Assembly: GCA_030748635.1 (NCBI GenBank)
Contig: JASMLP010000001.1
Coordinates: forward strand, 13,986 to 77,985
DNA: 64,000 nt
DNA from: Planctomycetota bacterium
GTDB taxonomy: Bacteria; Planctomycetota; JACQVV01; JASMLP01
Direction of reading: 5' to 3'
Positions 1 through 8,846 of this stretch are shown here, piece after piece. The stretch's first letter is position 1, and every line of letters begins with the position of its first letter. The position numbers and the translations under genes are program-made. Under the pieces are notes generated by a model. The model was not told the origin of the DNA. It worked only from the letters and a program-made list of their open reading frames with translations, and made no database searches.

Positions 1-273
1 TCCCGGTGACGACGGGTCGTCCCGATAATTCGGTGACTCGAAGAGAGAGCATCATCAGCCGAAGAAACTACCCGAGCCGAATGCAGTATCCGTTTTGCAG
101 CGCAAGCCATGGCCCGAGCCTGATCGTGATCTACCCAACCAGATCCAACGGGGTCGACCACCACCAGATGCGCAAACCCCATATTCAGAAGCGCACGAGC
201 CGACGAGCCGACATTCCCGGGATGCTCGGGCTCCACCAGAACGAATTCCACCACTCCGGCGGTCGTCACAAAG

Positions 274-1668
274 CTACTCCTGTTCCTCCAGAACATAGGG
301 ACACAGACACCAGGTATCACGATCCCGAAACAGACGAAGAACATGCTCACGACTCGAACCATTTTTCGATTGCAGTCGGACACGAATCTCGGCCCCGGCA
401 CCCTCGAGAGCCACATTCACGATCTTTTCTGATGTCCACCGCTCACCGAGTTCACCGAGAAGACAAAGAGCGTAATAGATCCGAATACTCGACTCATCAA
501 TCTTCGAATCAGGGCCGAAAATTCTCATCAAATATCGACTCTGAATCCAATCTCCAGATTCTTCTTCGAGGAAGATATCGACCTCCTCGTGGCGCTCTTC
601 CTTCGACAAGCCCTCCCCCTCGAGTTCTTCCCAACGAATCCAGGCGGAATCCCGATACATCTCGAACTCCGGGGACATATCGTGCCCATAGAAGGGGGCG
701 ATATGCTCACCGGCCACCTTCAAATGGCCTTCTCGTAGTGCGGACAGAAAAGAAAGTGCGATCTTGCCTACCCGATCACGCTCTCCCTTCTCTTCCTCCT
801 GTCGAATCTTCAACTTTTTCAGAGGTTCACGGAGTCGATCCAGGGTCACGGCAAACGCCATTCCCTGGCGTTCCGCCCCGACCATGCTCACGATACCGAT
901 CGCTTCTCCATGAGCATTCAACAGAGGGCCCCCACTATTCCCCAAATTGATCGGCACATCGACCTGAATATAGGGGATTCCCGCAAAGAGGCGTCTTCGG
1001 TGACTGATAATGCCGTGACTGAATGTGTGGAGAAGCGGTTCCTCACCGACATCGGGATGACCCAGGGTATACACCGAATCTCCAGACCGATACATGTCTT
1101 CGGGTACCAGAGGAATACCTGAACGGAGGTGTCGACGCCCCGTATCCAACACCACCGAATCGGCGCGAGAGTCCGCATAGAGAAGTCGGAACCCGGTTCC
1201 GGTCTGCTGTTCGAAGCTACCATCTTCCTTCAGGACGAAAAAAGTCAAAGTCCATCGTTTCCACGGAACAGGACCCGAGATGACATGAAAATTGGACAGC
1301 GCTTTTCGCCCATCTCCGATCAAAAAACCACTTCCCCATCCATCTTTCGCCTCGATGGTGATCACTCGAGGTGACACCGCATCATGAACATCACGACCCC
1401 GAAGTATCGGTCGTCCCTGAAGCTGAAGAGCGATATATCCCTCGTCCCCCAACGGTTCGGAAACGCTTCGAGCAGGAGCGAGATCGGAACCGGATCCGGA
1501 AAAATGTAGAAGCCGCGCCTGAAAACCCAGATAAAAGGTGGCGAAGAACAAGGAGAGAAAAAGAAACGATTTGAAGTACCGCATGGGGATTATCATGAAC
1601 CACCCTCTAGGACTGGTCAATGGAAGCTCTAAGCGCATTCCCCTACACTGCGATTCGAGATCTATCAA
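274..1668 (-). CDS. Trypsin-like (S1/HtrA-type) serine protease with N-terminal TM/signal segment and a C-terminal helical extension; probable true start near 1596 or 1584
   Basis: The motifs GSGFLIGDG...HV and [23 protein letters not shown] are typical of DegP/HtrA-class S1 proteases, and there is a hydrophobic N-terminus ([15 protein letters not shown]). The ORF is long and uninterrupted. Confidence 0.7.
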   Translation of the reverse strand: MIDLESQCRGMRLELPLTSPRGWFMIIPMRYFKSFLFLSLFFATFYLGFQARLLHFSGSGSDLAPARSVSEPLGDEGYIALQLQGRPILRGRDVHDAVSPRVITIEAKDGWGSGFLIGDGRKALSNFHVISGPVPWKRWTLTFFVLKEDGSFEQQTGTGFRLLYADSRADSVVLDTGRRHLRSGIPLVPEDMYRSGDSVYTLGHPDVGEEPLLHTFSHGIISHRRRLFAGIPYIQVDVPINLGNSGGPLLNAHGEAIGIVSMVGAERQGMAFAVTLDRLREPLKKLKIRQEEEKGERDRVGKIALSFLSALREGHLKVAGEHIAPFYGHDMSPEFEMYRDSAWIRWEELEGEGLSKEERHEEVDIFLEEESGDWIQSRYLMRIFGPDSKIDESSIRIYYALCLLGELGERWTSEKIVNVALEGAGAEIRVRLQSKNGSSREHVLRLFRDRDTWCLCPYVLEEQE

Positions 1669-1670
1669 TC

Positions 1671-3695
1671 ATGCCACCTTTTCAACTCGTTTCACCCTAT
1701 GAGCCTCGTGGCGATCAATCGAGCGCCATCCATTCTCTGGTCCAGGATATCCAGAAGGGGAAATCCTCCTACCACACACTGCTTGGAGTCACCGGTAGCG
1801 GCAAAACATTCACCATGGCCAATGTCATCGAACGCCTGAAACTTCCCACGCTCGTACTCACTCACAACAAGACTCTGGCCGCCCAACTCTACAGCGAATT
1901 TCGTGACTTCTTTCCAGAAAACGCGGTGGAATATTTCGTCAGTTATTACGACTACTACCAACCCGAAGCCTATATACCCCAGCGAGACATCTACATCGAG
2001 AAGGATGCCTCGATCAACGAAAATCTGGACCGCCTCCGACTCGCAGCCACCAGCGCCCTTCTGACCCGAGAAGATGTAGTCATCGTATCGAGTGTTTCCT
2101 GTATTTACGGCCTCGGTTCCCCCTCGGACTACTCCAAGATGCTCGTTCGAATCGAAACCGGCGATGAGATGGATCGAGACGAACTCCTCGAAAAATTCGT
2201 CCTGATGCAATATGAACGTGGAGATGTCGATTTCCGCCGAGGGACCTTCCGAGTGCGTGGTGATGTGGTCGAAATCTTCCCCTCTTACCAGCAAGAGCAA
2301 TCGCTACGGATCGAATTCTTCGGCGATGAAATCGAATCCCTTCTGGAAGTGGATCCGCTTACCGGAGAGGTGCTCCAGGAGTTAGGCGCGATCACAGTCT
2401 TTCCAGCCAAGCATTTCGTACTCCCTCAGGAAAAGATCCAGAAAGCCGTCAGGAGCATTGAAGACGAACTTCTGCAGCATTTACAAACCCTCCGCTCTCA
2501 GGGGAAGCTTCTGGAGGCGCAACGCCTCGAGGCAAGAACCCGATACGACCTGGAAATGCTTCAGGAAGTCGGAAACTGTAAAGGGATCGAAAACTACTCT
2601 CGTCACCTGACCGGTCGAGCTCCCGGCGAGCGCCCAGATTGCCTTCTGGATTACTTTCAAGGGCCTTTCTTGACTATTCTCGATGAAAGCCATGTGACGG
2701 TTCCCCAGATCGGGGGCATGTTTGCAGGGGACCGGAGCCGGAAGAACACCCTGGTCGAGCACGGTTTCAGGCTTCCCTCAGCGCTGGACAATCGCCCCCT
2801 CTCTTTTCAGGAGTGGGAATCCGTTACCGGAACCACTCTCTTCGTCAGCGCCACACCCAATGATTATGAATTAAAACGCTGTGAAGGAGTCGTGGTTGAG
2901 CAGATCATCCGGCCCACCGGTCTCGTTGACCCGGTCATCCGGATAGAACCGGCAACCAACCAGGTTCCACACCTCATCACTGAAATACGCAAGCGCCGAG
3001 ATCTAAGCGAACGGGTCCTGGTTACCACACTGACCAAGAGACTCTCCGAAGACCTCTCTCTCTACCTGACAGAACAGGGACTCCGAGTACAATATCTACA
3101 CTCGGAGTTAGATGCCTTCGAGCGGGTCGAGATTCTCGAAGCCCTAAGGAGAGGAGAGTTTGAATGTGTCGTTGGAATCAATCTGCTCCGGGAGGGCCTC
3201 GACCTGCCCGAAGTGAGCCTGGTGGCAATTCTCGATGCTGACAAAGAAGGATTTTTACGTTCACAAACCAGTCTCATTCAAACCATCGGCCGCTGCGCTC
3301 GCCACGTAAACGCCGAGGTGATCCTGTATGCAGACCGCATGACCGGATCGATGCAACGAGCCATCGACGAGACCGAACGACGCAGGCAGATCCAGTTGAA
3401 TCACAACAAGATTCACGGAATTACTCCCCAATCGGTGGAAAAAGCTTTCAAACAGACCATCACCTACGAAGCGGAAGCCCACAAGGTGGTCCGGCGTGCC
3501 GTTAGCCCCGACCGGGACGACCGCAAACGAACAGCTGTACTCGAAGAACTCGAAAGAGAGATGCAGCAAGCCGCCAAGCACCTCGAATTCGAACGGGCCG
3601 CGGCACTTCGAGATCGTATCTTCGAGCTACGCAATCATCATCCAGCCACAAACAAGAAGCCGCCAGCTAGAAAACGAAGACGACGACGATCTTGA
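1671..3695 (+). CDS. uvrB: Excinuclease ABC subunit B (UvrB); the ORF opens at 1620 but the conserved N-terminus starts at [16 protein letters not shown]
   Basis: UvrB hallmarks [25 protein letters not shown] and [33 protein letters not shown], plus a C-terminal UvrB/UvrC interaction helix. Confidence 0.95.
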   Translation: MPPFQLVSPYEPRGDQSSAIHSLVQDIQKGKSSYHTLLGVTGSGKTFTMANVIERLKLPTLVLTHNKTLAAQLYSEFRDFFPENAVEYFVSYYDYYQPEAYIPQRDIYIEKDASINENLDRLRLAATSALLTREDVVIVSSVSCIYGLGSPSDYSKMLVRIETGDEMDRDELLEKFVLMQYERGDVDFRRGTFRVRGDVVEIFPSYQQEQSLRIEFFGDEIESLLEVDPLTGEVLQELGAITVFPAKHFVLPQEKIQKAVRSIEDELLQHLQTLRSQGKLLEAQRLEARTRYDLEMLQEVGNCKGIENYSRHLTGRAPGERPDCLLDYFQGPFLTILDESHVTVPQIGGMFAGDRSRKNTLVEHGFRLPSALDNRPLSFQEWESVTGTTLFVSATPNDYELKRCEGVVVEQIIRPTGLVDPVIRIEPATNQVPHLITEIRKRRDLSERVLVTTLTKRLSEDLSLYLTEQGLRVQYLHSELDAFERVEILEALRRGEFECVVGINLLREGLDLPEVSLVAILDADKEGFLRSQTSLIQTIGRCARHVNAEVILYADRMTGSMQRAIDETERRRQIQLNHNKIHGITPQSVEKAFKQTITYEAEAHKVVRRAVSPDRDDRKRTAVLEELEREMQQAAKHLEFERAAALRDRIFELRNHHPATNKKPPARKRRRRRS

Positions 3696-3977
3696 CTCAC
3701 CAGCAACCAAGATTTCATTACAAGGCGGAATTCCACCCCCTCTTGACGTGACATTTCACGCCGGGCATTTACCAAACTTGTGCCCCCTATATATATGAAA
3801 CTACATTTGCGTATTTTCTCCGAACGTGTAAAATCACCCCTCATTGTCTCGAGAAAGGTACGGTAACGGAGGACAGGGCTGGAGAAGAGAAAGCGGAAGT
3901 CCGGGTACTTCCCGGCGACCCGGCTTTCAGTGGACCGGCCAAGGCGGCACGAATGAAAACCGCCTAACAGCCAGGCA

Positions 3978-4005
3978 CGAATATGCACAAATACGTGCAC
4001 ATTCG
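3978..4005. promoter_or_regulatory. Imperfect 11-bp inverted repeat CGAATATGCAC-N6-GTGCACATTCG, with TGCAC/GTGCA half-sites resembling an NtrC-type enhancer (UAS)
   Basis: Dyad read directly from the sequence. It lies about 95-120 bp upstream of the sigma-54-like -24/-12 element at 4097-4112. Confidence 0.4.
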
Positions 4006-4096
4006 AACGGGCTCGTTCACTCCCCTCCTCAGCCGATTACCACAAAACAACCTTAAATCATTGATAAACAATAACTTAAAATAAAAAAACAGCCTT

Positions 4097-4112
4097 TGGC
4101 ATTGGTATTGCT
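4097..4112 (+). promoter_or_regulatory. Sigma-54 (RpoN) type promoter TGGCAT-N5-TTGCT, with GG and GC spaced exactly as in the consensus TGGCAC-N5-TTGCW
   Basis: The sequence tggcattggtattgct has GG at 4098-4099 and GC at 4110-4111. The region is AT-rich, and the probable start codon is at 4169. Confidence 0.55.
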
Positions 4113-4132
4113 CTAAGCACAATTCACGAATT

Positions 4133-5989
4133 TTGCCATTTCATTCGGTACCCTGGGGGAACGTTCAAATGATTCGCATCCGTCCTGTCCTTCTAACTCT
4201 TCTAACCATCGCTTTCCTGCTGCCCGCAGGCTCGATGGTCACCGCCCAAGACAACAACTCGGTACTTTCGCAGAAACGGCAGAAACTTCTCGACCGTTTC
4301 AAAACCGCTGACGAAGCCGAGCGCAATCAGATTCTGAGGGAGCTCATCCAGCTCAAACTCGAGGAAGAACGCCGCAAAGGCCGCACACTCGACACCCATA
4401 ATCGCCTCCCCTCAGCCGATGAGATTTCGAGGCACTTTGAGCCCAGCACCATCGATAGCATGCTCAACCCGGTACCGATCTCCAACTCTCTCGGGCTTGG
4501 AGGCGCACTGGCCGAAGACGGAGAGCTCTCCGACCGCGACATCCAGAAGCTGATCGGACTCGCTGCCAAAGATGGCATCACCGAAGAAGAAAAAGAGCAG
4601 CTTCGCCAGGTCGCCGAAGTCTACGAAGACGTCATGTCCGACGAAACCAAGGAGCAACTCGCCAAGGCCACCGGCGAAGAAGACACCGAATACAAGCTCA
4701 ACTCCGAAAAAGACACCTGGACCTCCACCTACTGGCCCATGGCCGGAAGTGGAATCGACGACAAGGGAAGAGCGACCAAGAATCTCTGGGCCGAAGGTGG
4801 CGCCATGACCAAGCTCGACAAAGTCATCGAATCCCGCACCGGCACCCCCGGAAACGCGTACGAAACCGAAAGTCGTCCCGCCCTCAACTGGCTCATCGAC
4901 GAACCCAAAGGATTCTGGATCGCCAACAGCACTCTGAGCGAGAAGGATGCCGAGCGGACCACTGGCGTCGACCTCAACCGAAACGGCAAGATCGATCCCG
5001 ATGTCGAATGGGATTTCATCGATTCTCGCGGAAATTTCGGTGAAGACGGCAAGATGGATGGCACCATGGGCGTCGGCTGGTGGGGTCGCTGCAACAACGT
5101 GGGTGTCGCCGGAACCCTCTTTGACGAGCCCAAACGGGCCGTGACCCTCGACGGACAGACCTTCAGCGCTGAAGAGATCAAAGGCCTTCTCGCCGTCTAC
5201 AGCGACACCGTCAACGAAGCCAAGGGAACCGAATTCGTCGGCAACCGTTTCGACGATCAACCCGATTTCCTGGTCACCAAGGACGGCAAGCAGTTGCGCG
5301 GCATCATCGAGAATGCCGGAGAACTCAACTTCAACTCCACCGACATGACTCGCGCCAACAACCCCCGTCTCGCCGACTACATGATCCTGGACAGCAAGGG
5401 CATCGGCGAAGATAAGGAAATCCGCTTCCGCGACCTCACGACCGGTGAAGTCACCACCTACAAGTCCAGCGAAATCGAACTCGTGGCCAAGGAAGACAAA
5501 AGCCAGGACACCGAAGCGGTTGTTTTTCACAACACCATGACCGAATGGCTGGCCGACGGTCGCGCTGGCGTCCTCGAAATGGATCCGAGCAGCCATGTCT
5601 GGAACTACAACTTCGAAAGCGCCGACGTCAAAGAGAGCAAAACGGCTCCTTACTGGGCCTCTGACCGCGAAAAGCTCGCCGGTTACAACGGCCCTCCGGG
5701 AGACGGCGAACTGACCTACGTCGACGCAACCGTCAAGTACGACGGCGGGGGCAAAACCCAACGCTACAAGTACTGGCTCGAAAAGGACGAAAACGGCAAC
5801 GTTGTGAACAGCGGCTGGGCCAGCAAGAACGTGGACTTCATGTGGCGCGCCAACGAGTCCGAAGTCGACTGGAGCCGCGAGGTTCCGGGTCACCCGAGCC
5901 TCAACGGTGAAATCCTCAAAGAACTCTACGAGAAAAGCACTGCCGAAGAAGCTCCGGATGCTGCCGAAGTCTCTGACGACAACGAATAA
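4133..5989 (+). CDS. Secreted protein of unknown function, paralogue A of a tandem three-gene family; likely start at 4169 (MIRIRPVLLTLLTIAFLLPAGSMVTAQ)
   Basis: Signal peptide, then a coiled-coil-like region. Conserved blocks shared with 7003-8802 and 8847-10619: NLWA.GGAM.K.D.VIE.RTG.PG.AYETE.RPALNWL, the Ca-loop-like DLNRNGKIDPDVEWDF, GTMGVGWWGRCNNVG.AGTLF and GSHVWNYNFESA. Confidence 0.85.
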   Translation: MPFHSVPWGNVQMIRIRPVLLTLLTIAFLLPAGSMVTAQDNNSVLSQKRQKLLDRFKTADEAERNQILRELIQLKLEEERRKGRTLDTHNRLPSADEISRHFEPSTIDSMLNPVPISNSLGLGGALAEDGELSDRDIQKLIGLAAKDGITEEEKEQLRQVAEVYEDVMSDETKEQLAKATGEEDTEYKLNSEKDTWTSTYWPMAGSGIDDKGRATKNLWAEGGAMTKLDKVIESRTGTPGNAYETESRPALNWLIDEPKGFWIANSTLSEKDAERTTGVDLNRNGKIDPDVEWDFIDSRGNFGEDGKMDGTMGVGWWGRCNNVGVAGTLFDEPKRAVTLDGQTFSAEEIKGLLAVYSDTVNEAKGTEFVGNRFDDQPDFLVTKDGKQLRGIIENAGELNFNSTDMTRANNPRLADYMILDSKGIGEDKEIRFRDLTTGEVTTYKSSEIELVAKEDKSQDTEAVVFHNTMTEWLADGRAGVLEMDPSSHVWNYNFESADVKESKTAPYWASDREKLAGYNGPPGDGELTYVDATVKYDGGGKTQRYKYWLEKDENGNVVNSGWASKNVDFMWRANESEVDWSREVPGHPSLNGEILKELYEKSTAEEAPDAAEVSDDNE

Positions 5990-6028
5990 AGAGCACCCAA
6001 ACACTCCAAACATCGGAGAAATCAAGAC

Positions 6029-6625
6029 ATGAAACCACTCACTATCCTCACGGCGATTCTTCTCGCCTTCTCCTCCACCGCGTTCTCCCAAGATGCGCTC
6101 AAGGAGATCGACAACCCACTCCAGGATGCCCGCGAAGGGGACACCGTCGAATACTCGATCGAGAGCGTCCTGCTCGACAGCCCGGTCGGAAAGAACGAGA
6201 AACGGACCAACACATCCTCGCTCTCGGTCGTGGAAATCGATCGTCAGCTCGTCAAGCTCGAGGTCAAAAGCGACATCCGAGAAGGCTCGCAGACGATCAG
6301 CTTGACCAGTCGGGGAAGCATCGCCGACCTGCTCACCGGCGCCTACCAAGACGTCAACATCTCATCGAGTTCGGTCACCGAAGAAACCGTCGAATTCGAG
6401 GGGAAGAGCTACGTGTGCAAGGTCATTCACCTCAAGTTCACCGCAAAAACCAAACATATGGGCATGACGGTCCCCGTCAAGGTCGACCAGAAAGTCTGGT
6501 ATTCCAATGAGATCCCGGTCCATGGCCAGTTCAAATCGGTTATCGATATGGAAATGACCATCCTCGGCGACAAGAAGACGCACTTTCAGACCACCACCAC
6601 TCTCAAGTCTTTCACCGAGGGGTAG
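6029..6625 (+). CDS. Small secreted protein (198 aa) of unknown function
   Basis: N-terminal signal peptide MKPLTILTAILLAFSSTAFSQ. Coding-like composition. Followed directly by a perfect hairpin terminator. Confidence 0.6.
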   Translation: MKPLTILTAILLAFSSTAFSQDALKEIDNPLQDAREGDTVEYSIESVLLDSPVGKNEKRTNTSSLSVVEIDRQLVKLEVKSDIREGSQTISLTSRGSIADLLTGAYQDVNISSSSVTEETVEFEGKSYVCKVIHLKFTAKTKHMGMTVPVKVDQKVWYSNEIPVHGQFKSVIDMEMTILGDKKTHFQTTTTLKSFTEG

Positions 6626-6646
6626 TCCGCAAAACGAGTCAAAGCG

Positions 6647-6680
6647 ATGGGCACCGGATCCCGGTGCCCATTTTCTTCAT
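6647..6680 (+). terminator. Rho-independent terminator ATGGGCACCGG-atc-CCGGTGCCCAT followed by TTTTCTTCAT
   Basis: Perfect 11-bp palindrome with a 3-nt loop and a downstream T-rich run, 20 nt after the stop codon of 6029-6625. Confidence 0.7.
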
Positions 6681-6753
6681 CTCAACAACTAAAGACCTTC
6701 ACCCGGATGAAAACCACTCCTGACTCACACGGGTCACCAACCAAGGAGCCCCG

Positions 6754-6918
6754 ATGAAGTACCCAGCCCTACAATCCAAGCGTGCCGGCGCCGGCATGAC
6801 CGAGTACATCATCATCGTCATTCTCATTGCGATCGCTCTTATCGTGGTCGTGACCAATTTTGGTTACCGACTTCAGGATAAAGGCGCCGAAGCCACGATC
6901 GAGGTCCAAAAGCTCTAA
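6754..6918 (+). CDS. Flp/Fap-family (type IVb, Tad-type) prepilin, 54 aa; below the 60-aa cut-off of the supplied ORF track
   Basis: MKYPALQSKRAGAGMTEYIIIVILIAIALIVVVTNFGYRLQDKGAEATIEVQKL contains the Flp processing motif G/AGMTEY (E at +5, Y at +6) followed by a hydrophobic helix. A strong SD (AAGGAG) sits 5 nt upstream of the ATG. Confidence 0.65.
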   Translation: MKYPALQSKRAGAGMTEYIIIVILIAIALIVVVTNFGYRLQDKGAEATIEVQKL

Positions 6919-7002
6919 GAACGGCTTTTACTCGGCTCGCGCTCTCTCCCGATTCATCCCCGATACGGGGACACTCTCGCCAGATAGCAGGTAAATCACA
7001 AC

Positions 7003-8802
7003 ATGAAGCTTCCAAAATCTCTCATTCAACCGTTCCTTCTCACGCTCGCGCTGAGCTTCGGGTGCCTCTTCCCGAACTCGGTCCAAGCTCAACAAGAAGA
7101 AGACAATGCTGAAGAACTCCGAAATCGCCGCCGGGAGCTGCTCAAGAAATTCGAGCGCTCCGACAGCAACTCATTCCGGGAACAGATCTACAAATATCTG
7201 ATCCGAATGCGGCTCAACGACAAGATCCGGGATCGAGCCAATTCGGACTACCTCCCCTCCGCCAGTGAAGTGGACGGATGGTTCGGGTGGGTTCCGGTTT
7301 CGAGCGCACTCGGACTGGGAGGCGCGCTCGCCAATGACGGGGACCTGAATGAGCGAGACATCCAGAAAGTCATCGGCCTCGTAGCCAAAGACGGAATCAC
7401 CCCCGAGGAGAAAGAGGACCTCCTCGACATCTACGACATGTACGGCGACACCATGACCACCGAGTCCCTCGAAGTCATGGAAGAGTTGATCGAAGGCGGT
7501 GACGATGAATCCAAGTACAAGCTGACCTCCAAGAATCCGACCTGGACCTCCACCTACTTCCCGATGGCCGGTAGCGGCATCGACGATGAAGGGGATTCCC
7601 AGGACAACCTCTGGGCCAAAGACGGCGCCATGCACAAGCTCGATAGCGTCATCGAGGAACGCACCGGCACTCGTGGCACCGCCTATGAAACCGAAAGCCG
7701 CCCCGCTCTGAACTGGCTTATCGGCGAGAAAAAGGGCTACTGGGTAGCCAACAGTCGGCTGAGCGAAAAAGACGCTGAACGGACCACCGGAGTCGACCTC
7801 AACCGAAACGGCAAGATCGATCCCGATGTCGAATGGGACTTCATCGATTCACGCGGCAACTTCGGCGAAGACGGCAAGAAGGACGGCACCATGGGCGTCG
7901 GCTGGTGGGGACGTTGCAACAACGTCGGGATCGCCGGCACACTATTCAAAGAGCCGAAGAAAGATGTCACCCTCAACGGCGTCACATTCACCGCGACCGA
8001 GATCAAAGGGCTTTTGTCTGTTTACAGCGACACGATCCTCAACTCCAAAGGCTCCGAATTCGAAGGCAGTCGTTACGACGACCGGCCCGATGAACTCGTC
8101 ACTCGAGACGGGAAACGCCTCTCGGGAGTGATTGAAAATGCTCGCGAACTTGACCTCGACGGCGAGGGCATGAAACGTTCGACCAACTACAGACACGGCG
8201 GAGACTACATCATTCTCGATGGCGACGCCCTGGAAGACCGAGGCAAAGACATTCGCTTCCGCGATCTCGCTACTGGCGAAGTCACCACCTATAAGCCCGA
8301 AGAGGTTCGCAGTGTGGCCAAGGAAGACTCCAAGCAGGACATCGAAGCCCGAGTCTTCCACAACAACATGACCGAATGGCTGGCGGACGGCCGGTCGGGT
8401 GTCCTCGAAATGGACCCGGGCAGCCATGTATGGAACTACAACTTCGAAAGCGCCGACATCCACGAAACCAAAACCCGCCCCCACTGGGCTCCGGAAGACC
8501 GTAAAGATCTACGCGGTTATGACGGCCCTCCGGGAGACGGCGAGATCACCTACGTTGAAGCGAGAATGCGGTATGACGGTGGAGGAAGCTCTCAGACCTA
8601 CCGCTACTGGATCGAGAAGAATCGCAGCGGCACAGTCGTCAACAGCGGCTGGAGCAGTAAGAACCCGGACTTCATGTGGCGAGCCAAGGAATCTGAAGTC
8701 GATTGGAGCCGCAAGGTTCCCGGCCACCCGAGCCTCGATGGTAACATCCTGCGTGAACTCTACGAAAAAAGCACCGCAGAAGATTCCTCCGACAACCAGT
8801 AA
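7003..8802 (+). CDS. Secreted protein of unknown function, paralogue B of the tandem family
   Basis: Signal peptide MKLPKSLIQPFLLTLALSFGCLFPNSVQA and the same conserved blocks as paralogue A. A 47-nt stretch (7794-7840) is identical at the DNA level to 4967-5013. Confidence 0.85.
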   Translation: MKLPKSLIQPFLLTLALSFGCLFPNSVQAQQEEDNAEELRNRRRELLKKFERSDSNSFREQIYKYLIRMRLNDKIRDRANSDYLPSASEVDGWFGWVPVSSALGLGGALANDGDLNERDIQKVIGLVAKDGITPEEKEDLLDIYDMYGDTMTTESLEVMEELIEGGDDESKYKLTSKNPTWTSTYFPMAGSGIDDEGDSQDNLWAKDGAMHKLDSVIEERTGTRGTAYETESRPALNWLIGEKKGYWVANSRLSEKDAERTTGVDLNRNGKIDPDVEWDFIDSRGNFGEDGKKDGTMGVGWWGRCNNVGIAGTLFKEPKKDVTLNGVTFTATEIKGLLSVYSDTILNSKGSEFEGSRYDDRPDELVTRDGKRLSGVIENARELDLDGEGMKRSTNYRHGGDYIILDGDALEDRGKDIRFRDLATGEVTTYKPEEVRSVAKEDSKQDIEARVFHNNMTEWLADGRSGVLEMDPGSHVWNYNFESADIHETKTRPHWAPEDRKDLRGYDGPPGDGEITYVEARMRYDGGGSSQTYRYWIEKNRSGTVVNSGWSSKNPDFMWRAKESEVDWSRKVPGHPSLDGNILRELYEKSTAEDSSDNQ

Positions 8803-8846
8803 CCCTTCCACTCCCGGCCCCCGTCACCTAATCACGAGACAAGATC

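Noticed and set aside
6-950. 314-aa + strand ORF at the window start
   Set aside because: Arg/Ser/Pro-rich low-complexity translation. It overlaps antisense with the well-supported minus-strand serine protease gene, so it is a typical GC-rich spurious ORF
3696-4132. Possible ncRNA or tRNA in the 440-bp uvrB-paralogue intergenic region
   Set aside because: No tRNA-like T-arm/anticodon structure or known riboswitch motif recognised. The regulatory dyad plus sigma-54 elements explain the region better
4412-6349. 645-aa minus-strand ORF antisense to paralogue A
   Set aside because: Gly/Val/Ala-rich nonsense composition with no signal or motif. The + strand gene has a signal peptide, conserved paralogues and an RBS
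6956-6970. Short hairpin TCCCCG-ata-CGGGGA between the Flp pilin gene and paralogue B
   Set aside because: 6-bp stem without a downstream T-run, so not a convincing terminator. It may be incidental, or a weak attenuator at most
7942-8484. Minus-strand ORFs (e.g. 180 aa) antisense to paralogue B, and similar ones in paralogue C
   Set aside because: Antisense artefacts of the high-GC coding sequence; no conserved motifs
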